This document shows, piece by piece, positions 13,861 through 27,181 of a stretch of 64,000 nucleotides of DNA (the first letter of the stretch is position 1; each line of letters starts with the position of its first letter). Source of the DNA: Pseudomonadales bacterium (GTDB lineage: Bacteria; Pseudomonadota; Gammaproteobacteria; Pseudomonadales; UBA3067); NCBI GenBank assembly GCA_040235475.1, contig JBECKY010000057.1, forward strand, positions 2,257-66,256. The letters run 5' to 3'. Below the pieces are notes generated by a model. That model made no database searches. It was not told the origin of the DNA and saw only the letters and a program-made list of their open reading frames with translations. The translations under genes were made by a program, and so were the position numbers.

Positions 13861-15747
13861 TCAGGCTGTTTGCTTCTCAAGGGCATTTTTCTTTTTCAAA
13901 TGGATTAATAACAACGAAATTGCTGCCGGTGTAACACCAGAAATGCGTGCTGCCTGGCCGAGAGTTTCGGGACGAATGCTTGCCAGCTTTTGGCGAACCT
14001 CATTGGAAAGGCCTTTAACCTGTGAATAATCCATATCCACAGTTAAAACCGTAGATTCATGCTGTCGTAAACGGGAAATCTCTTCCGTTTGTCTATCGAT
14101 GTAGCCCTGATATTTTATTTGCGTTTCAACCAGCTCGGTAACGTCTTTCGACGCAAAGCTTTCGCCTTCAATCTGCAACAAATTTTTATAAGCAATTTCT
14201 GGTCGCTTTAGTAAATCGTGCAGGCAGTATTCGTGGCGCAAGGGGCGCCCCAGTTGTTCGGCAGCACGCTGACCTTTTTCAGTATTTGGCTGTATCCAGG
14301 TATCTTTTAAACGTTGGGTTTCTTTTGCAATAGCCTCTTGTTTGTCACAAAAAGCTTGCCAGCGCTGCGTGGTTACCAAACCCAGGCTTCGCCCAATTGC
14401 GGTTAAGCGTTCGTCGGCATTGTCTTCGCGTAAAGACAAGCGATATTCCGCACGGCTGGTAAACATGCGGTAAGGTTCCTGGGTACCCATGGTAATCAAG
14501 TCGTCAACCAGTACGCCTATATAAGCCTGATCTCTTCTTGGACACCAGCCCTCTTTATCCTGTGCCAATAAACTTGCATTTAATCCGGCCAATAAACCTT
14601 GCGCACCAGCTTCTTCATAACCCGTGGTGCCATTAATTTGACCCGCGAAAAAAAGTCCGGCTATGCACTTTGTTTCCAGGGTAAATTTTAAATCCTGGGG
14701 ATTAAAAAAATCGTACTCAATGGCATAACCAGGACGGGTTATATGTGCATTTTCAAACCCTGCTATTGAACGTACCAGGTTAATTTGCACATCAAAGGGC
14801 AGGCTGGTTGAAATACCGTTGGGATAAAGTTCATGGGTTGTGAGGCCTTCGGGTTCGACAAAAATCTGATGGGAGTTTTTATCGGCAAAGCGGTGAATTT
14901 TATCTTCAATGCTCGGACAATAGCGTGGCCCCACGCCCTCTATTACACCGGTATACATAGGTGAACGATCCAGGCCTGCACGAATAATATCGTGAGTAGC
15001 TTCATTTGTTTGGGTAATGTAACAACTCACTTGCTCAGGATGTTCGTCTACACTGCCCAGGTATGACATCACCGGGGTGGGCGTATCCCCCGGCTGTTCC
15101 TGCATTACGGAGAAATCCACAGACCTGCCATCAATACGGGGCGGGGTGCCGGTTTTTAGTCTATCAACCCGCAAGGGGCGTTCTCTTAAGCGCTGGGCTA
15201 AAGCCACTGATGGTGGGTCACCGGCTCGACCACCTTGTTGGTTTTCAAGCCCAATATGGATCACTCCACCCAGAAAAGTTCCTGCAGTTAACACCACACT
15301 GGGACTGTAGAACTTAAGCCCCATTTGGGTAACGACACCTTCCACAACGTCATTATTAATAATTAAATCATCGACACCTTGTTGAAAAATTTGTAAATTT
15401 TCCTGCTTTTCCAACAAGTTACGAATTGCGCTTTTGTATAAAACACGATCGGCCTGCGCCCGGGTGGCTCTTACTGCGGGCCCTTTGCGTACATTCAGTA
15501 TTCTAAATTGAATACCCGCTTTGTCGGTCGCATGAGCCATGGCACCGCCAAGTGCATCAATTTCTTTAACCAGATGGCTTTTGCCAATGCCGCCTATGGC
15601 CGGGTTGCAAGACATTTGCCCAAGAGTTTCAATATTGTGGGTAAGCAGTAAAGTTTGAGAGCCCATGCGTGCAGCTGCCAGGGCTGCTTCACAGCCAGCA
15701 TGGCCACCGCCAATCACTATCACATCAAAGCGCTTGGTGAAATTCAC
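13861..15747 (-). CDS. mnmG: tRNA uridine 5-carboxymethylaminomethyl modification enzyme (GidA)
   Basis: [38 protein letters not shown]. Confidence 0.99.
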   Translation of the reverse strand: MNFTKRFDVIVIGGGHAGCEAALAAARMGSQTLLLTHNIETLGQMSCNPAIGGIGKSHLVKEIDALGGAMAHATDKAGIQFRILNVRKGPAVRATRAQADRVLYKSAIRNLLEKQENLQIFQQGVDDLIINNDVVEGVVTQMGLKFYSPSVVLTAGTFLGGVIHIGLENQQGGRAGDPPSVALAQRLRERPLRVDRLKTGTPPRIDGRSVDFSVMQEQPGDTPTPVMSYLGSVDEHPEQVSCYITQTNEATHDIIRAGLDRSPMYTGVIEGVGPRYCPSIEDKIHRFADKNSHQIFVEPEGLTTHELYPNGISTSLPFDVQINLVRSIAGFENAHITRPGYAIEYDFFNPQDLKFTLETKCIAGLFFAGQINGTTGYEEAGAQGLLAGLNASLLAQDKEGWCPRRDQAYIGVLVDDLITMGTQEPYRMFTSRAEYRLSLREDNADERLTAIGRSLGLVTTQRWQAFCDKQEAIAKETQRLKDTWIQPNTEKGQRAAEQLGRPLRHEYCLHDLLKRPEIAYKNLLQIEGESFASKDVTELVETQIKYQGYIDRQTEEISRLRQHESTVLTVDMDYSQVKGLSNEVRQKLASIRPETLGQAARISGVTPAAISLLLIHLKKKNALEKQTA

Positions 15748-15907
15748 TTTTATACCTGTATTCCTATGGTGTCAGTTTAATGAACAGCTTGAACAGTTAA
15801 TTACCAGCCCATTATATGGACTTTTAAAAAGGGGATATAAGTATATATAGGGGCCAGCAGAAAAGGAAAGGGTTTGTTTAAATAATAGACAAATATTTAA
15901 TATTTCT

Positions 15908-16198
15908 TTAAAGCACTGAAGCCTTTTGTACGTATTTAAAATCATGCTCAATTGAGCAAACTCGTTTTCCTCTTGTCATCGGTGCTACGGCATAAATAAT
16001 GGATTTTGCCTTTCCAGAGGCAATGCCCCCAAGTGTTTGCAAAACAACATCATGCTCTTTTGCCAGGGCAGGAAGGTATTCCACCTTTAAACCAATATCA
16101 ACGGCCTTGCAAAAATTATCCACTTTTCGCATATCCCACCATAAAAACCCTACGCAAACAACAACTGCACTAATAATGATTATTTTTATGCTTTTCAT
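15908..16198 (-). CDS. Hypothetical small protein with an N-terminal membrane anchor
   Basis: 96 aa ORF filling the mnmE-mnmG gap in the same orientation; MKSIK followed by a hydrophobic helix. Confidence 0.6.
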   Translation of the reverse strand: MKSIKIIIISAVVVCVGFLWWDMRKVDNFCKAVDIGLKVEYLPALAKEHDVVLQTLGGIASGKAKSIIYAVAPMTRGKRVCSIEHDFKYVQKASVL

Positions 16199-16225
16199 TG
16201 GGATAACTTCTTTTTGATTTTATTT

Positions 16226-17662
16226 TTATTTCCCAATACAAAAACTTGAGAAAATTCTACCTAACAAATCATCAGGGGTGAATTCCCCGGTAATTTCCCC
16301 CAGGTCTCTCTGTGCTAGGCGCAGGTCTTCAGCTAATAACTCGCCAGCAGCGTATTTCTGCAATTGTTTTTTTCCATTTGCTAAATGTTTCTGTGCTTTT
16401 TTAAGTGCATCAAGATGGCGCTGGCGAGAGATAAAACCTGCCTCCTGGCCGAGGTCAAAACCAATAATTTTCTTTAAATGGTTTTTAAGTAAATCCATGC
16501 CTTCTTCAGTTTTGGCAGATATTTTAATTACGGTGGGATCTTTTGAGTTTTTTTTCTTTTCTATAATTTCGGCTTTCTCTTTAGTGATATCAATTTTATT
16601 TTGAACCACTATAAAATTGCTAAAGCCACGATGATTAAAACTACTGGTGGAATTTACCAATTCCGCTTTTTGTTCTTCCCAAAAGGTATTCCAAATACTC
16701 TCAATATTTTTTTGCCTGTTTTTATTTTTTGAACCATCCACTAAAAACAAAATAGTGTCGGCTTTTTCAATAGCCTGGTAGGCTCGCCGAATACCTTCCT
16801 GCTCTATTTGATCAGTGCTTTTTCTTAATCCAGCTGTATCTATAATATTTAAGGGAAGGCCGTCGATTTGAATGTGTTCTTTTAAAATATCCCGGGTTGT
16901 TCCTGGGATAGGCGTCACTATGGCGCTGTCCTTTCCGGACAGTGCGTTGAGCAAACTGGATTTACCCGCATTAGGCTCACCGGCAATGACAACAGTCATA
17001 CCTTCTTTTAACAGTGCACCCTGTTTTGCCTGTGCGAAGATGCGATCAAGCTTGGACATTATTCTTTCTAAATCCTGATAAATTTTTTTATCATTTAAAA
17101 AATCAATTTCTTCTTCAGGGAAGTCAATCGCTGCTTCTACGTAAATCCTTAGTTGAATAATCTCTTCAACCATTTCATTTATTAACTTTGAAAATGCGCC
17201 TTGCATTGACCGAACAGCACTTTTCGCTGCAGCTTCTGATGAGCTATTTATTAAGTCGGCCACTGCTTCTGCTTGAGAAAGATCCATTTTATCGTTTAAA
17301 AACGCTCGTTCAGAAAACTCTCCTGGCTTTGCTATTCTGGCACCTAATTGGATGATTTCATTTAAAACAAGGCTTAATACCACCGGACCGCCATGGCCCT
17401 GTAATTCAAGCACATCTTCACCGGTAAATGAATTTGGTCCAGGAAAATAAAGGCTGATACCCTCATCAAGTACTTCGTTGTTAGCACTGTAGAAAGGAGA
17501 AAAGTGCGCAGTGCGCGGAGAGGCAGGGGTATTTTTTTCCAGGCGCAGTATTTTTTCTGCAATATTTTTTGTTTCTGGCCCGGATACACGAATAATGCCT
17601 ACTCCACCATAACCAGGTGCTGTGGCTATAGCGGCAATAGTGTCAATTTTAGTGGCTTTCAT
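16226..17662 (-). CDS. mnmE: tRNA modification GTPase (TrmE)
   Basis: [29 protein letters not shown]-terminal FCIGK. Confidence 0.99.
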   Translation of the reverse strand: MKATKIDTIAAIATAPGYGGVGIIRVSGPETKNIAEKILRLEKNTPASPRTAHFSPFYSANNEVLDEGISLYFPGPNSFTGEDVLELQGHGGPVVLSLVLNEIIQLGARIAKPGEFSERAFLNDKMDLSQAEAVADLINSSSEAAAKSAVRSMQGAFSKLINEMVEEIIQLRIYVEAAIDFPEEEIDFLNDKKIYQDLERIMSKLDRIFAQAKQGALLKEGMTVVIAGEPNAGKSSLLNALSGKDSAIVTPIPGTTRDILKEHIQIDGLPLNIIDTAGLRKSTDQIEQEGIRRAYQAIEKADTILFLVDGSKNKNRQKNIESIWNTFWEEQKAELVNSTSSFNHRGFSNFIVVQNKIDITKEKAEIIEKKKNSKDPTVIKISAKTEEGMDLLKNHLKKIIGFDLGQEAGFISRQRHLDALKKAQKHLANGKKQLQKYAAGELLAEDLRLAQRDLGEITGEFTPDDLLGRIFSSFCIGK

Positions 17663-17692
17663 ATTTAAAAATTAAAAGTCGGCTCAGCTTAT

Positions 17693-19399
17693 TTACTTGG
17701 CACCTGCTTCAATTTTTTTTGTTATCACGTATTGCTGAATAATGGACAAGGTGTTGTTAACCACCCAGTAAAGCACCAACCCTGCCGGAAACCAAAGAAA
17801 AAAGAAGGTAAACATAATCGGCATCATTTTCATTACTTTAGCTTGCATAGGATCGGGTGGGGCAGGATTGAGCATTTGTTGAATAAACATGGTGGCGCCC
17901 ATGATTAAAGGTAAAACGAAGTAGGGATCCATTACCGATAAATCATCAATCCAAAACATAAAACTGGAATGCCTTAGTTGAACGCTTTCCATTAATGCCC
18001 AATACAAAGCAATAAACACCGGCATCTGCAATAATATTGGTAAACAGCCGCCTAAGGGATTTACTTTTTCCTTTTTGTACAACTCTATCATGCCTTGCGA
18101 CATTTTTTGACGGTCGTCGCCATAAAGTTCTTTTAAACGCTGCATTTCCGGTTGAATGCGTCTCATGTTTGCCATTGATCTAAAACTGGCGGCAGAAGGA
18201 TAAAAGAAAATTATTTTTACAATAACGGTAAGAATAATAATCGAAACCCCCAAGTTATTAACCAAAGCATTAATATGATCCAAACCCCAAATTAATAATT
18301 TAGAGATCATCCACAACCAACCCAAATCCAGGGTAAGGTCAAAACCGGGGGCAACAGCTTTTAAATCTTCTATTATTTTAGGGCCCGCATAAAAATTTGA
18401 ACTGATTTCTGTCGTTTCTCCTGCTTGAAGCCTAATCGCAGGAGAAGTAAAACCGATGATGTTTTCATTGTCTTTATTAATACGTGTGGTATAGCTATGG
18501 GTTTGTTCTGGATCAGGTATCCATGCGCTGACAAAATAATGCTGAACAATCGCAGCCCAGCCCCCGGTAACTTTCGCACGAACAGCTTCTTTTTTAAAAT
18601 CTTCAAATTTTAATTTATTGTAGGGTTTTTCTTCTGTCCAGTAAGCGCCACCTAAAAATGGTTTGAGGCCCATGGTCATTTTCACTTCCCCAGGCACATC
18701 ACTATTATCTCGTTTTATTTGGCCAAATAAATTAGCCTTCCATTCTTTGTTGCTATTATTTTCTATTTTATATTTAACATTGACCTGATAATTGCCTTTA
18801 TAAAAAGTGAATATTTTTCTAACTTCTACACCATTTTGCTGAGTACTTAATACCACCTCTAATGTATCGTTATTACCCATGTCATAGGTATTTTTTTCTG
18901 TTTGGTAATACGGTCTACCCGATTTATTTGCATCCGGGCCATCCGGTCCGATAAGACCGCTTTGAGCTATGTAAACCCGGTTACTGTTATTTTCCAAGAG
19001 GCTAAAAGGAATATCCGGGGTTTCAAGTGAATTTTTGTACTTTAATAAAAGTACACCATAAATATCTCCACCCACTGGATTAATAGTGTATTCAACAACA
19101 TCAGTTCGAACTTTAATGGCACTGAAGTTTTTAACAGGCTCTTCTTTAAGCTTTATCTCTTCTTCTACTTCTACCCTTGGTATATCTGAATCAATTTGGC
19201 TTTGAGCTGCAGATGAAGAATTTTCAGAAGATTGGCCGTTTGATGATATATTTTGTGCACTGGGGAATTCTACTGCAGCCGTATCTTTTTCTCTGGCGCG
19301 ATTTTTTTCAACGTCATGGTAATCATGCTTCCACTGCATTATCAGGCTATAAGTAACGATGGCCAATGCGGCAATTATAATAAATCTTCTAAAATCCAT
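17693..19399 (-). CDS. yidC: Membrane protein insertase YidC
   Basis: NPLGGCLP, QMPVFIALYW, PAGLVLYW; start moved to ATG 19399, just after the yidD stop. Confidence 0.97.
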   Translation of the reverse strand: MDFRRFIIIAALAIVTYSLIMQWKHDYHDVEKNRAREKDTAAVEFPSAQNISSNGQSSENSSSAAQSQIDSDIPRVEVEEEIKLKEEPVKNFSAIKVRTDVVEYTINPVGGDIYGVLLLKYKNSLETPDIPFSLLENNSNRVYIAQSGLIGPDGPDANKSGRPYYQTEKNTYDMGNNDTLEVVLSTQQNGVEVRKIFTFYKGNYQVNVKYKIENNSNKEWKANLFGQIKRDNSDVPGEVKMTMGLKPFLGGAYWTEEKPYNKLKFEDFKKEAVRAKVTGGWAAIVQHYFVSAWIPDPEQTHSYTTRINKDNENIIGFTSPAIRLQAGETTEISSNFYAGPKIIEDLKAVAPGFDLTLDLGWLWMISKLLIWGLDHINALVNNLGVSIIILTVIVKIIFFYPSAASFRSMANMRRIQPEMQRLKELYGDDRQKMSQGMIELYKKEKVNPLGGCLPILLQMPVFIALYWALMESVQLRHSSFMFWIDDLSVMDPYFVLPLIMGATMFIQQMLNPAPPDPMQAKVMKMMPIMFTFFFLWFPAGLVLYWVVNNTLSIIQQYVITKKIEAGAK

Positions 19400-19400
19400 A

Positions 19401-19676
19401 TTAATTGGCTTCTTTGTGTTTACAGTGATTAATGTTCGCTTGATTAGGTGGTTCGGGTACCGGGTCAAAACCGCCATCATGAAATGGGTGGCATTTAGCA
19501 AGCCTTTTCAGGCTTAGACAGGCCCCTTTTAAAAGGCCATATTGGCTTATAGCTTGTTCTGCATAGCCTGAGCATGAGGGATAAAAGCGACAGTTATTGC
19601 CTAATAAAGGGCTGAGAAAATATCTGTAAGCCCTGATGATTAATAAAATTGGGTAACCGGCAAGTTTGAATTTCAT
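19401..19676 (-). CDS. yidD: Membrane protein insertion efficiency factor
   Basis: [25 protein letters not shown]. Confidence 0.96.
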   Translation of the reverse strand: MKFKLAGYPILLIIRAYRYFLSPLLGNNCRFYPSCSGYAEQAISQYGLLKGACLSLKRLAKCHPFHDGGFDPVPEPPNQANINHCKHKEAN

Positions 19677-19779
19677 GATCTTGTTTTAAAGGGTATTAAT
19701 TAATATTATTTTATGTTTTTATTATTTTCTCGATTTATTGGCTTTTATTTAATGGGCAAATAGTATCAGTTCAGTGCTG

Positions 19780-20151
19780 TTAGGACATACTTTTTTCAAT
19801 TTTTTTAAGCAGCTGTTGCCAAAGATACTCCAGCTCCTGGTTTATTTCCTGGTTTGTGGCTGTTCGTGAACGATCATTACGCAACAGCACAACTATATCT
19901 AAGTTTACTAGTTGTGCTTGATTTTGCTGGAATGACGCCCTAATCAGCCGTTTAAGACGATTTCGATTTACTGCTTTTTTAAGGTGTTTTTTGGAAATGG
20001 CCAAACCAAGTCGACCATGGGGCAATTGATTTTTACACGACAGCGTTAACAGGTATGAACCACCAGTTTTAAACTCAACGTTGTTGAAGACGTTTTGGTA
20101 GTCACTGGCAAGTAGTAAACGCTGGTATTTTTTGAAAGCTTTGGTTGTCAA
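19780..20151 (-). CDS. rnpA: Ribonuclease P protein component
   Basis: RLGLAISKK and the AVNRNRLKR (RNR) motif. Confidence 0.96.
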   Translation of the reverse strand: MTTKAFKKYQRLLLASDYQNVFNNVEFKTGGSYLLTLSCKNQLPHGRLGLAISKKHLKKAVNRNRLKRLIRASFQQNQAQLVNLDIVVLLRNDRSRTATNQEINQELEYLWQQLLKKIEKSMS

Positions 20152-20163
20152 TAAACCAGTCTT

Positions 20164-20298
20164 TTAGGCCGAGAGGCGTTTTCGGCCTTTTGCCCGTCGT
20201 CGAGCAATAATGAGACGACCATTTTTTGTAGCCATCCTGGCCCTGAAACCATGGTTGCGTTTGCGTTTTAAGTTGCTTGGTTGAAATGTTCTTTTCAT
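20164..20298 (-). CDS. rpmH: 50S ribosomal protein L34 (absent from the ORF track)
   Basis: Translated by hand: [44 protein letters not shown], 44 aa. Confidence 0.99.
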   Translation of the reverse strand: MKRTFQPSNLKRKRNHGFRARMATKNGRLIIARRRAKGRKRLSA

Positions 20299-20389
20299 GG
20301 CTTTGCTTGGCTTCGCTAAAGGGTCAGATTGGTATTTGGCTTAGCTTGCCGCCCCTGGTAATGACTCGGCTTTCTAGGCAAGGGGCGCA

Positions 20390-20418
20390 ATTGTATGTCC
20401 CTTTGTATGGCTTGTCAA
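20390..20418 (-). promoter_or_regulatory. sigma70 promoter of rpmH-rnpA-yidD-yidC
   Basis: Minus strand TTGACA-N17-TACAAT followed by a GC-rich discriminator TGCGCCCC. Confidence 0.8.
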
Positions 20419-20446
20419 TACAGGCTTATCTTATGTTCTTGGCTTG

Positions 20447-20697
20447 TTTATTAATTATAATATTATTTATATATATTTTTTATTATTACTATTACTAAGC
20501 TTACGGTTTAATGGGGATAAGCAGATTTTACTGCTTTATTTCAATTAGTTGTATAGATGATAAGGCTGTATGTGGTTGTTGTTATTTGACTGTATTAGTG
20601 TGTACTCGCAGTGGATAAGGAGCCTAATATTTTATGACCTTTATTTTATACCACCTTATAGTCTGCTTAGTCACACAGTATCCACAACTTATACATT
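20447..20697. other. Candidate replication origin oriC (AT-rich DUE, DnaA boxes, IHF-like site)
   Basis: Almost pure A/T tract 20447-20497; one-mismatch DnaA boxes TGGGGATAA 20512-20520, AGTGGATAA 20610-20618, GTATCCACA 20678-20686; IHF-like TTTCAATTAGTTG 20539-20551; located between rpmH and dnaA. Confidence 0.8.
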
Positions 20698-20792
20698 TCA
20701 CTTATTTTTTCATAAAAACCTAAGTGAAATATTTCCTTGAATTAAGTGGATTAGGGCGGCCAAGGAGTATAAAATTTCTGGTTCGCTTTAGC

Positions 20793-20801
20793 TGATATAA
20801 T
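20793..20801 (+). promoter_or_regulatory. Candidate extended -10 promoter for dnaA
   Basis: TGATATAAT (TGn plus a perfect TATAAT) 29 nt before the GTG start. Confidence 0.5.
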
Positions 20802-20830
20802 TTATATATTTTTGGGGGGAGCCTTACCCA

Positions 20831-22219
20831 GTGGGTAATTCACTTTGGCCGTTGTGCGTTGATCGTCTTCAAGATGAGTTGCCAGCTCAGCAATTCAATA
20901 CATGGATACGGCCTTTACAAGCAGAAAAAAACGGTCATGGAATTAAGCTGCTGGCGCCCAATCGTTTTGTACTTGATTGGGTGTCAGACAAGTTCTTAAC
21001 GCGCATTACTGAACTTCTTGGGGAGTTAACTGAAGGCGGTCCGTCCCCTTCTGTCCATATGGAAATTGGCACTAAAACCCAGAATGATTCAATCCAAAAA
21101 GTACTTAATGGTAAATCCTCTTACGAAATCGGAAAGACAGGTCTGCCTGCAGGTAACAGCAGAAAGCTGGGCGTTGATGTGGAAGGAGGGATACAACATA
21201 AATCAAGTTTAAATCCTTCTTATACTTTTGATAATTTTATTGAAGGTAAATCCAATCAGCTGGCCAGAGCTGCGGCGATGCAAGTTGCTGAAAATTCCGG
21301 TTCGGTTTATAACCCCTTATTTCTTTATGGCGGATCTGGTTTGGGTAAAACCCATTTAATGATTGCTATTGGAAATCAGATTCTAGTGCAGAACCCCCAT
21401 GCTAAAGTTGTCTACCTTCACTCAGAACGCTTTGTTGCTGATATGGTTAAAGCGCTACAAATTAACGCTATCAACGAATTTAAACGCTATTACCGCACTG
21501 TTGATGCATTATTGATTGATGACATCCAGTTCTTTTCCGGTAAAGAGCGCTCCCAGGAAGAGTTTTTTCACACTTTCAACGCCTTGTTAGAAGGCGGTCA
21601 GCAAATGATTTTAACCTGTGATCGTTATCCAAAAGAAATAAAAGGCATGGAGGACAGGTTAAAAACCAGGTTTGGATGGGGCTTGACCGTGGCCATGGAG
21701 CCGCCTGAGCTTGAAACCCGGGTAGCTATTTTGATGAAAAAGGCTGAGGAGTCGAAAATTGACTTACCTCATGATGCGGCTTTTTTTATTGCAAAACGCA
21801 TTCGCTCTAACGTCAGGGAGCTTGAAGGTGCGCTAAAGCGGGTGATTGCCAACAGCCGATTTCAAGGTAAGGCCATTAGCACCGATTTTGTTAAAGAGTC
21901 GCTAAGAGACCTGCTGGCCTTGCAAGACAAATTGGTTAGTATTGATAATATTCAGAAAACCGTTGCCGAGTATTTTAAAATTAAAATGAGCGACTTGCTT
22001 TCAAAGCGACGTAATCGTTCTATAGCCAGGCCAAGGCAAATTGCAATGGCTTTAGCTAAAGAGCTTACCAATCACAGCCTGCCTGAAATTGGTGATGCTT
22101 TTGGCGGTCGTGATCATACTACTGTGCTGCATGCCTGTCGCAAGGTGAAAGAACTTCGTGGCACAAGTAGAGACATAGAAGAGGACTATGATAATCTTTT
22201 AGGTATTCTAACTAATTGA
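20831..22219 (+). CDS. dnaA: Chromosomal replication initiator DnaA
   Basis: [39 protein letters not shown]. Confidence 0.99.
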   Translation: MGNSLWPLCVDRLQDELPAQQFNTWIRPLQAEKNGHGIKLLAPNRFVLDWVSDKFLTRITELLGELTEGGPSPSVHMEIGTKTQNDSIQKVLNGKSSYEIGKTGLPAGNSRKLGVDVEGGIQHKSSLNPSYTFDNFIEGKSNQLARAAAMQVAENSGSVYNPLFLYGGSGLGKTHLMIAIGNQILVQNPHAKVVYLHSERFVADMVKALQINAINEFKRYYRTVDALLIDDIQFFSGKERSQEEFFHTFNALLEGGQQMILTCDRYPKEIKGMEDRLKTRFGWGLTVAMEPPELETRVAILMKKAEESKIDLPHDAAFFIAKRIRSNVRELEGALKRVIANSRFQGKAISTDFVKESLRDLLALQDKLVSIDNIQKTVAEYFKIKMSDLLSKRRNRSIARPRQIAMALAKELTNHSLPEIGDAFGGRDHTTVLHACRKVKELRGTSRDIEEDYDNLLGILTN

Positions 22220-22243
22220 TTTTTATAAATATTTGGAGCTTGG

Positions 22244-23359
22244 ATGAAATTTACAATTAGTCGGGAAGCACTGTTAAAACCACTGCAGAGCGTTACTGGA
22301 GTAGTGGAGCGCCGCCATACCCTGCCCATTTTGTCCAATGTTCTTTTAACCGTTGAAAATCAGATACTTAAACTCACTACCACTGACCTGGAAGTGGAGC
22401 TGGTGGCTGTAGTTCAACTGGACAATGCAGCTGAGCCTGGTGAAACGACTATACCCGCCAGAAAGCTTTTGGATATTTGCAAGACGCTGTCCAATGAAAC
22501 TTCTTTAGATATTGAAGTAAAAGACCATAAAGCGATTTTAAAATCCGCTAAAAGCCGCTTTACTTTAAGCACCTTGCCTGCAAACGACTTCCCCAGTCTG
22601 GAAGAAAGTGTGGGTGCTGCCGAATTCAGTATCGCTTCTTCGAAACTACAGCACTTGATTGACAGTACGTCTTTTTCCATGGCGCAACAAGACGTTCGTT
22701 ACTACTTAAACGGCATGTTGATTGAGGCGAAACCTCACACTTTAAAAGCCATTGCTACTGATGGCCATCGCCTTGCTTTATGTGAAGAAGAATGCAATAT
22801 CGGCGGTGATGACTTTGTTAATCAGGTCATCGTTCCAAGAAAAGGTATTCAGGAACTTTCAAGATTATTTGAAGATGATGACGAAGTATCTGTGATTATT
22901 GGTACCCACCATATAAGAGTTGCTGGATCTGCCCTGACATTTACCTCAAAACTGGTTGATGGAAAATTTCCAGATTATAATAGAGTGCTGCCCAAAGTTT
23001 CTGAAAACATTATGGTTTGTGATCGGGAAGTTTTAAAACAAGCACTCAACAGAACGGCTATTTTATCTAATGAAAAGTACCGGGGAATTAGGTTGCAGTT
23101 TGGCCAGAATAATTTGACATTGTATGCCAACAACCCCGAACAAGAAGAAGCGGAAGAACAAGTAAGCGTAGAATATAGTGGCGAAGAAATGGAAGTGGGC
23201 TTTAATGTCAGCTACTTGCTGGATGTACTTTCAGTGATTAAGGACGAGAAAGTCTCGATGTCGCTGGCTAACTCAAGCAGCAGTGTTTTAATTTATGGCA
23301 TTAATGATACCGCCAACGCAGCTAAAGCCGCTTATGTTGTTATGCCGATGAGGCTGTAA
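22244..23359 (+). CDS. dnaN: DNA polymerase III beta sliding clamp
   Basis: QDVRYYLNG, ATDGHRLA, C-terminal VVMPMRL. Confidence 0.99.
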   Translation: MKFTISREALLKPLQSVTGVVERRHTLPILSNVLLTVENQILKLTTTDLEVELVAVVQLDNAAEPGETTIPARKLLDICKTLSNETSLDIEVKDHKAILKSAKSRFTLSTLPANDFPSLEESVGAAEFSIASSKLQHLIDSTSFSMAQQDVRYYLNGMLIEAKPHTLKAIATDGHRLALCEEECNIGGDDFVNQVIVPRKGIQELSRLFEDDDEVSVIIGTHHIRVAGSALTFTSKLVDGKFPDYNRVLPKVSENIMVCDREVLKQALNRTAILSNEKYRGIRLQFGQNNLTLYANNPEQEEAEEQVSVEYSGEEMEVGFNVSYLLDVLSVIKDEKVSMSLANSSSSVLIYGINDTANAAKAAYVVMPMRL

Positions 23360-23397
23360 TACTGTTTCTATCCTTTAATACCGCGTCACTATTGTAA

Positions 23398-24510
23398 ATG
23401 TCACTTACTCGACTGGAACTAAGCAATGTTAGAAATCTCCAGCGGGTACAGATAAACCCCGGCAGCACCTTTAATCTTATTTACGGTAGCAATGGCTCTG
23501 GAAAAACCAGTTTTCTTGAGGCTGTTCATCTGCTGGGTTTGGGCCGATCTTTCCGAACATTGATTAATCACAAATTAATCACCATGGGGCATACGACTTG
23601 CAATGTGTTTGGACGTACTTCCTCTGTTTTGCACAAAAATATTGAGAATGCCTTAGGCATACAGAAATCCACCAAGCTAAAAACCCTGGTTAAAATTAAT
23701 GGCGAACAAGCTAACAGTGTGGCTGTTTTAGCTGAGTATTTACCATTACAACTGATCACACCGGAGAGCATTGACCTAATTACGGGCCCGGCAAAAAACC
23801 GAAGACAGTTTATCGACTGGGGAGTGTTTCACGTGGAACATCAGTTTATAAATCAATGGAGAATGGTGCAGCGCCAGGTTAAGCAGCGCAATGCCTTGTT
23901 GAAATCTGTTGGTCAGGGCGCTTATTCTGCTGCTCCACTATTGCAGCAATTAAGCAGCTGGGATGAGCAATTACTTGTTTCTTCCAAGGTGGTGGACAGG
24001 GCGCGACAGGCGTATCTGGTTGAATTAATGCCCTATATCATGGCTTATGCTGAAATGTTTTTACCTGGGTTCGACCTTGGGGTGGATTATTATGCAGGCT
24101 GGCCCAAGGGCGCCAGCCTGGCTGATTATCTGCTTACTTCTTTAGACAAAGACATCAAGCAAGGCTACACCTTTTACAGCCCTAATCGTGCTGATATCAG
24201 ATTAAAAGTTGCCGATAACCCGGCATCGGATGTGCTCTCTCGAGGACAAATGAAGCTATTGGTTTGTGCTCTGAAATTGGCCCAGGCAAAACACCTTGCA
24301 GAGCAAAAAGGCATTCAAAGCATCTTTTTAGTGGATGATTTAGCTGCGGAGTTAGACCCTGCAAATCGTGCTAAACTGTGTGCCGCGCTGGATTTAATTG
24401 GATCTCAAGTATTCATTACATCGGTGGACAAAGATAGTATAATCAAATACTTACCAGATTCGTCCTGGAAAGTGTTTCACGTGGAACAGGGCGAGCTTGA
24501 CGCAATCTAG
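23398..24510 (+). CDS. recF: DNA replication/repair protein RecF
   Basis: GSNGSGKTS, LSRGQMK, DDLAAELD. Confidence 0.98.
   Translation: MSLTRLELSNVRNLQRVQINPGSTFNLIYGSNGSGKTSFLEAVHLLGLGRSFRTLINHKLITMGHTTCNVFGRTSSVLHKNIENALGIQKSTKLKTLVKINGEQANSVAVLAEYLPLQLITPESIDLITGPAKNRRQFIDWGVFHVEHQFINQWRMVQRQVKQRNALLKSVGQGAYSAAPLLQQLSSWDEQLLVSSKVVDRARQAYLVELMPYIMAYAEMFLPGFDLGVDYYAGWPKGASLADYLLTSLDKDIKQGYTFYSPNRADIRLKVADNPASDVLSRGQMKLLVCALKLAQAKHLAEQKGIQSIFLVDDLAAELDPANRAKLCAALDLIGSQVFITSVDKDSIIKYLPDSSWKVFHVEQGELDAI
23825..23840. promoter_or_regulatory. parS centromere site (ParB binding) inside recF
   Basis: TGTTTCACGTGGAACA matches the parS consensus TGTTNCACGTGNAACA. Confidence 0.92.
24473..24488. promoter_or_regulatory. 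Second parS site inside recF
   Basis: Identical 16-mer TGTTTCACGTGGAACA. Confidence 0.92.
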
Positions 24511-24563
24511 CGCTGTGGCAAAGCGTTTGATGGGGCTGATAAAATCATTCAAAAAGTCTATAA

Positions 24564-27014
<2,451 letters not shown>

Positions 27015-27181
27015 ACCTGGGTATATTTACAATTTACAGTAGCTTAGATCTGGTCTGGCGGTTTCCCTGTTTTTTTAGGGCGCTTCTGGTTTGGATTTGG
27101 GCAAGCACAGTTTATTTTTGCTGCCAAAAAAACCTTCAAGCATTGGGCAGGCTAAGTGTGCTCAACATTATAAAGATTGCC

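Noticed and set aside
15748..15907. E. coli/Vibrio-type oriC upstream of mnmG (gidA)
   Set aside because: Only 160 nt, with no DnaA box cluster or 13-mers; the rpmH-dnaA gap fits much better.
20277..20498. 73-aa + strand ORF ending in YYYYY
   Set aside because: Artefact of the AT-rich DUE; it overlaps rpmH and its promoter and resembles no protein.
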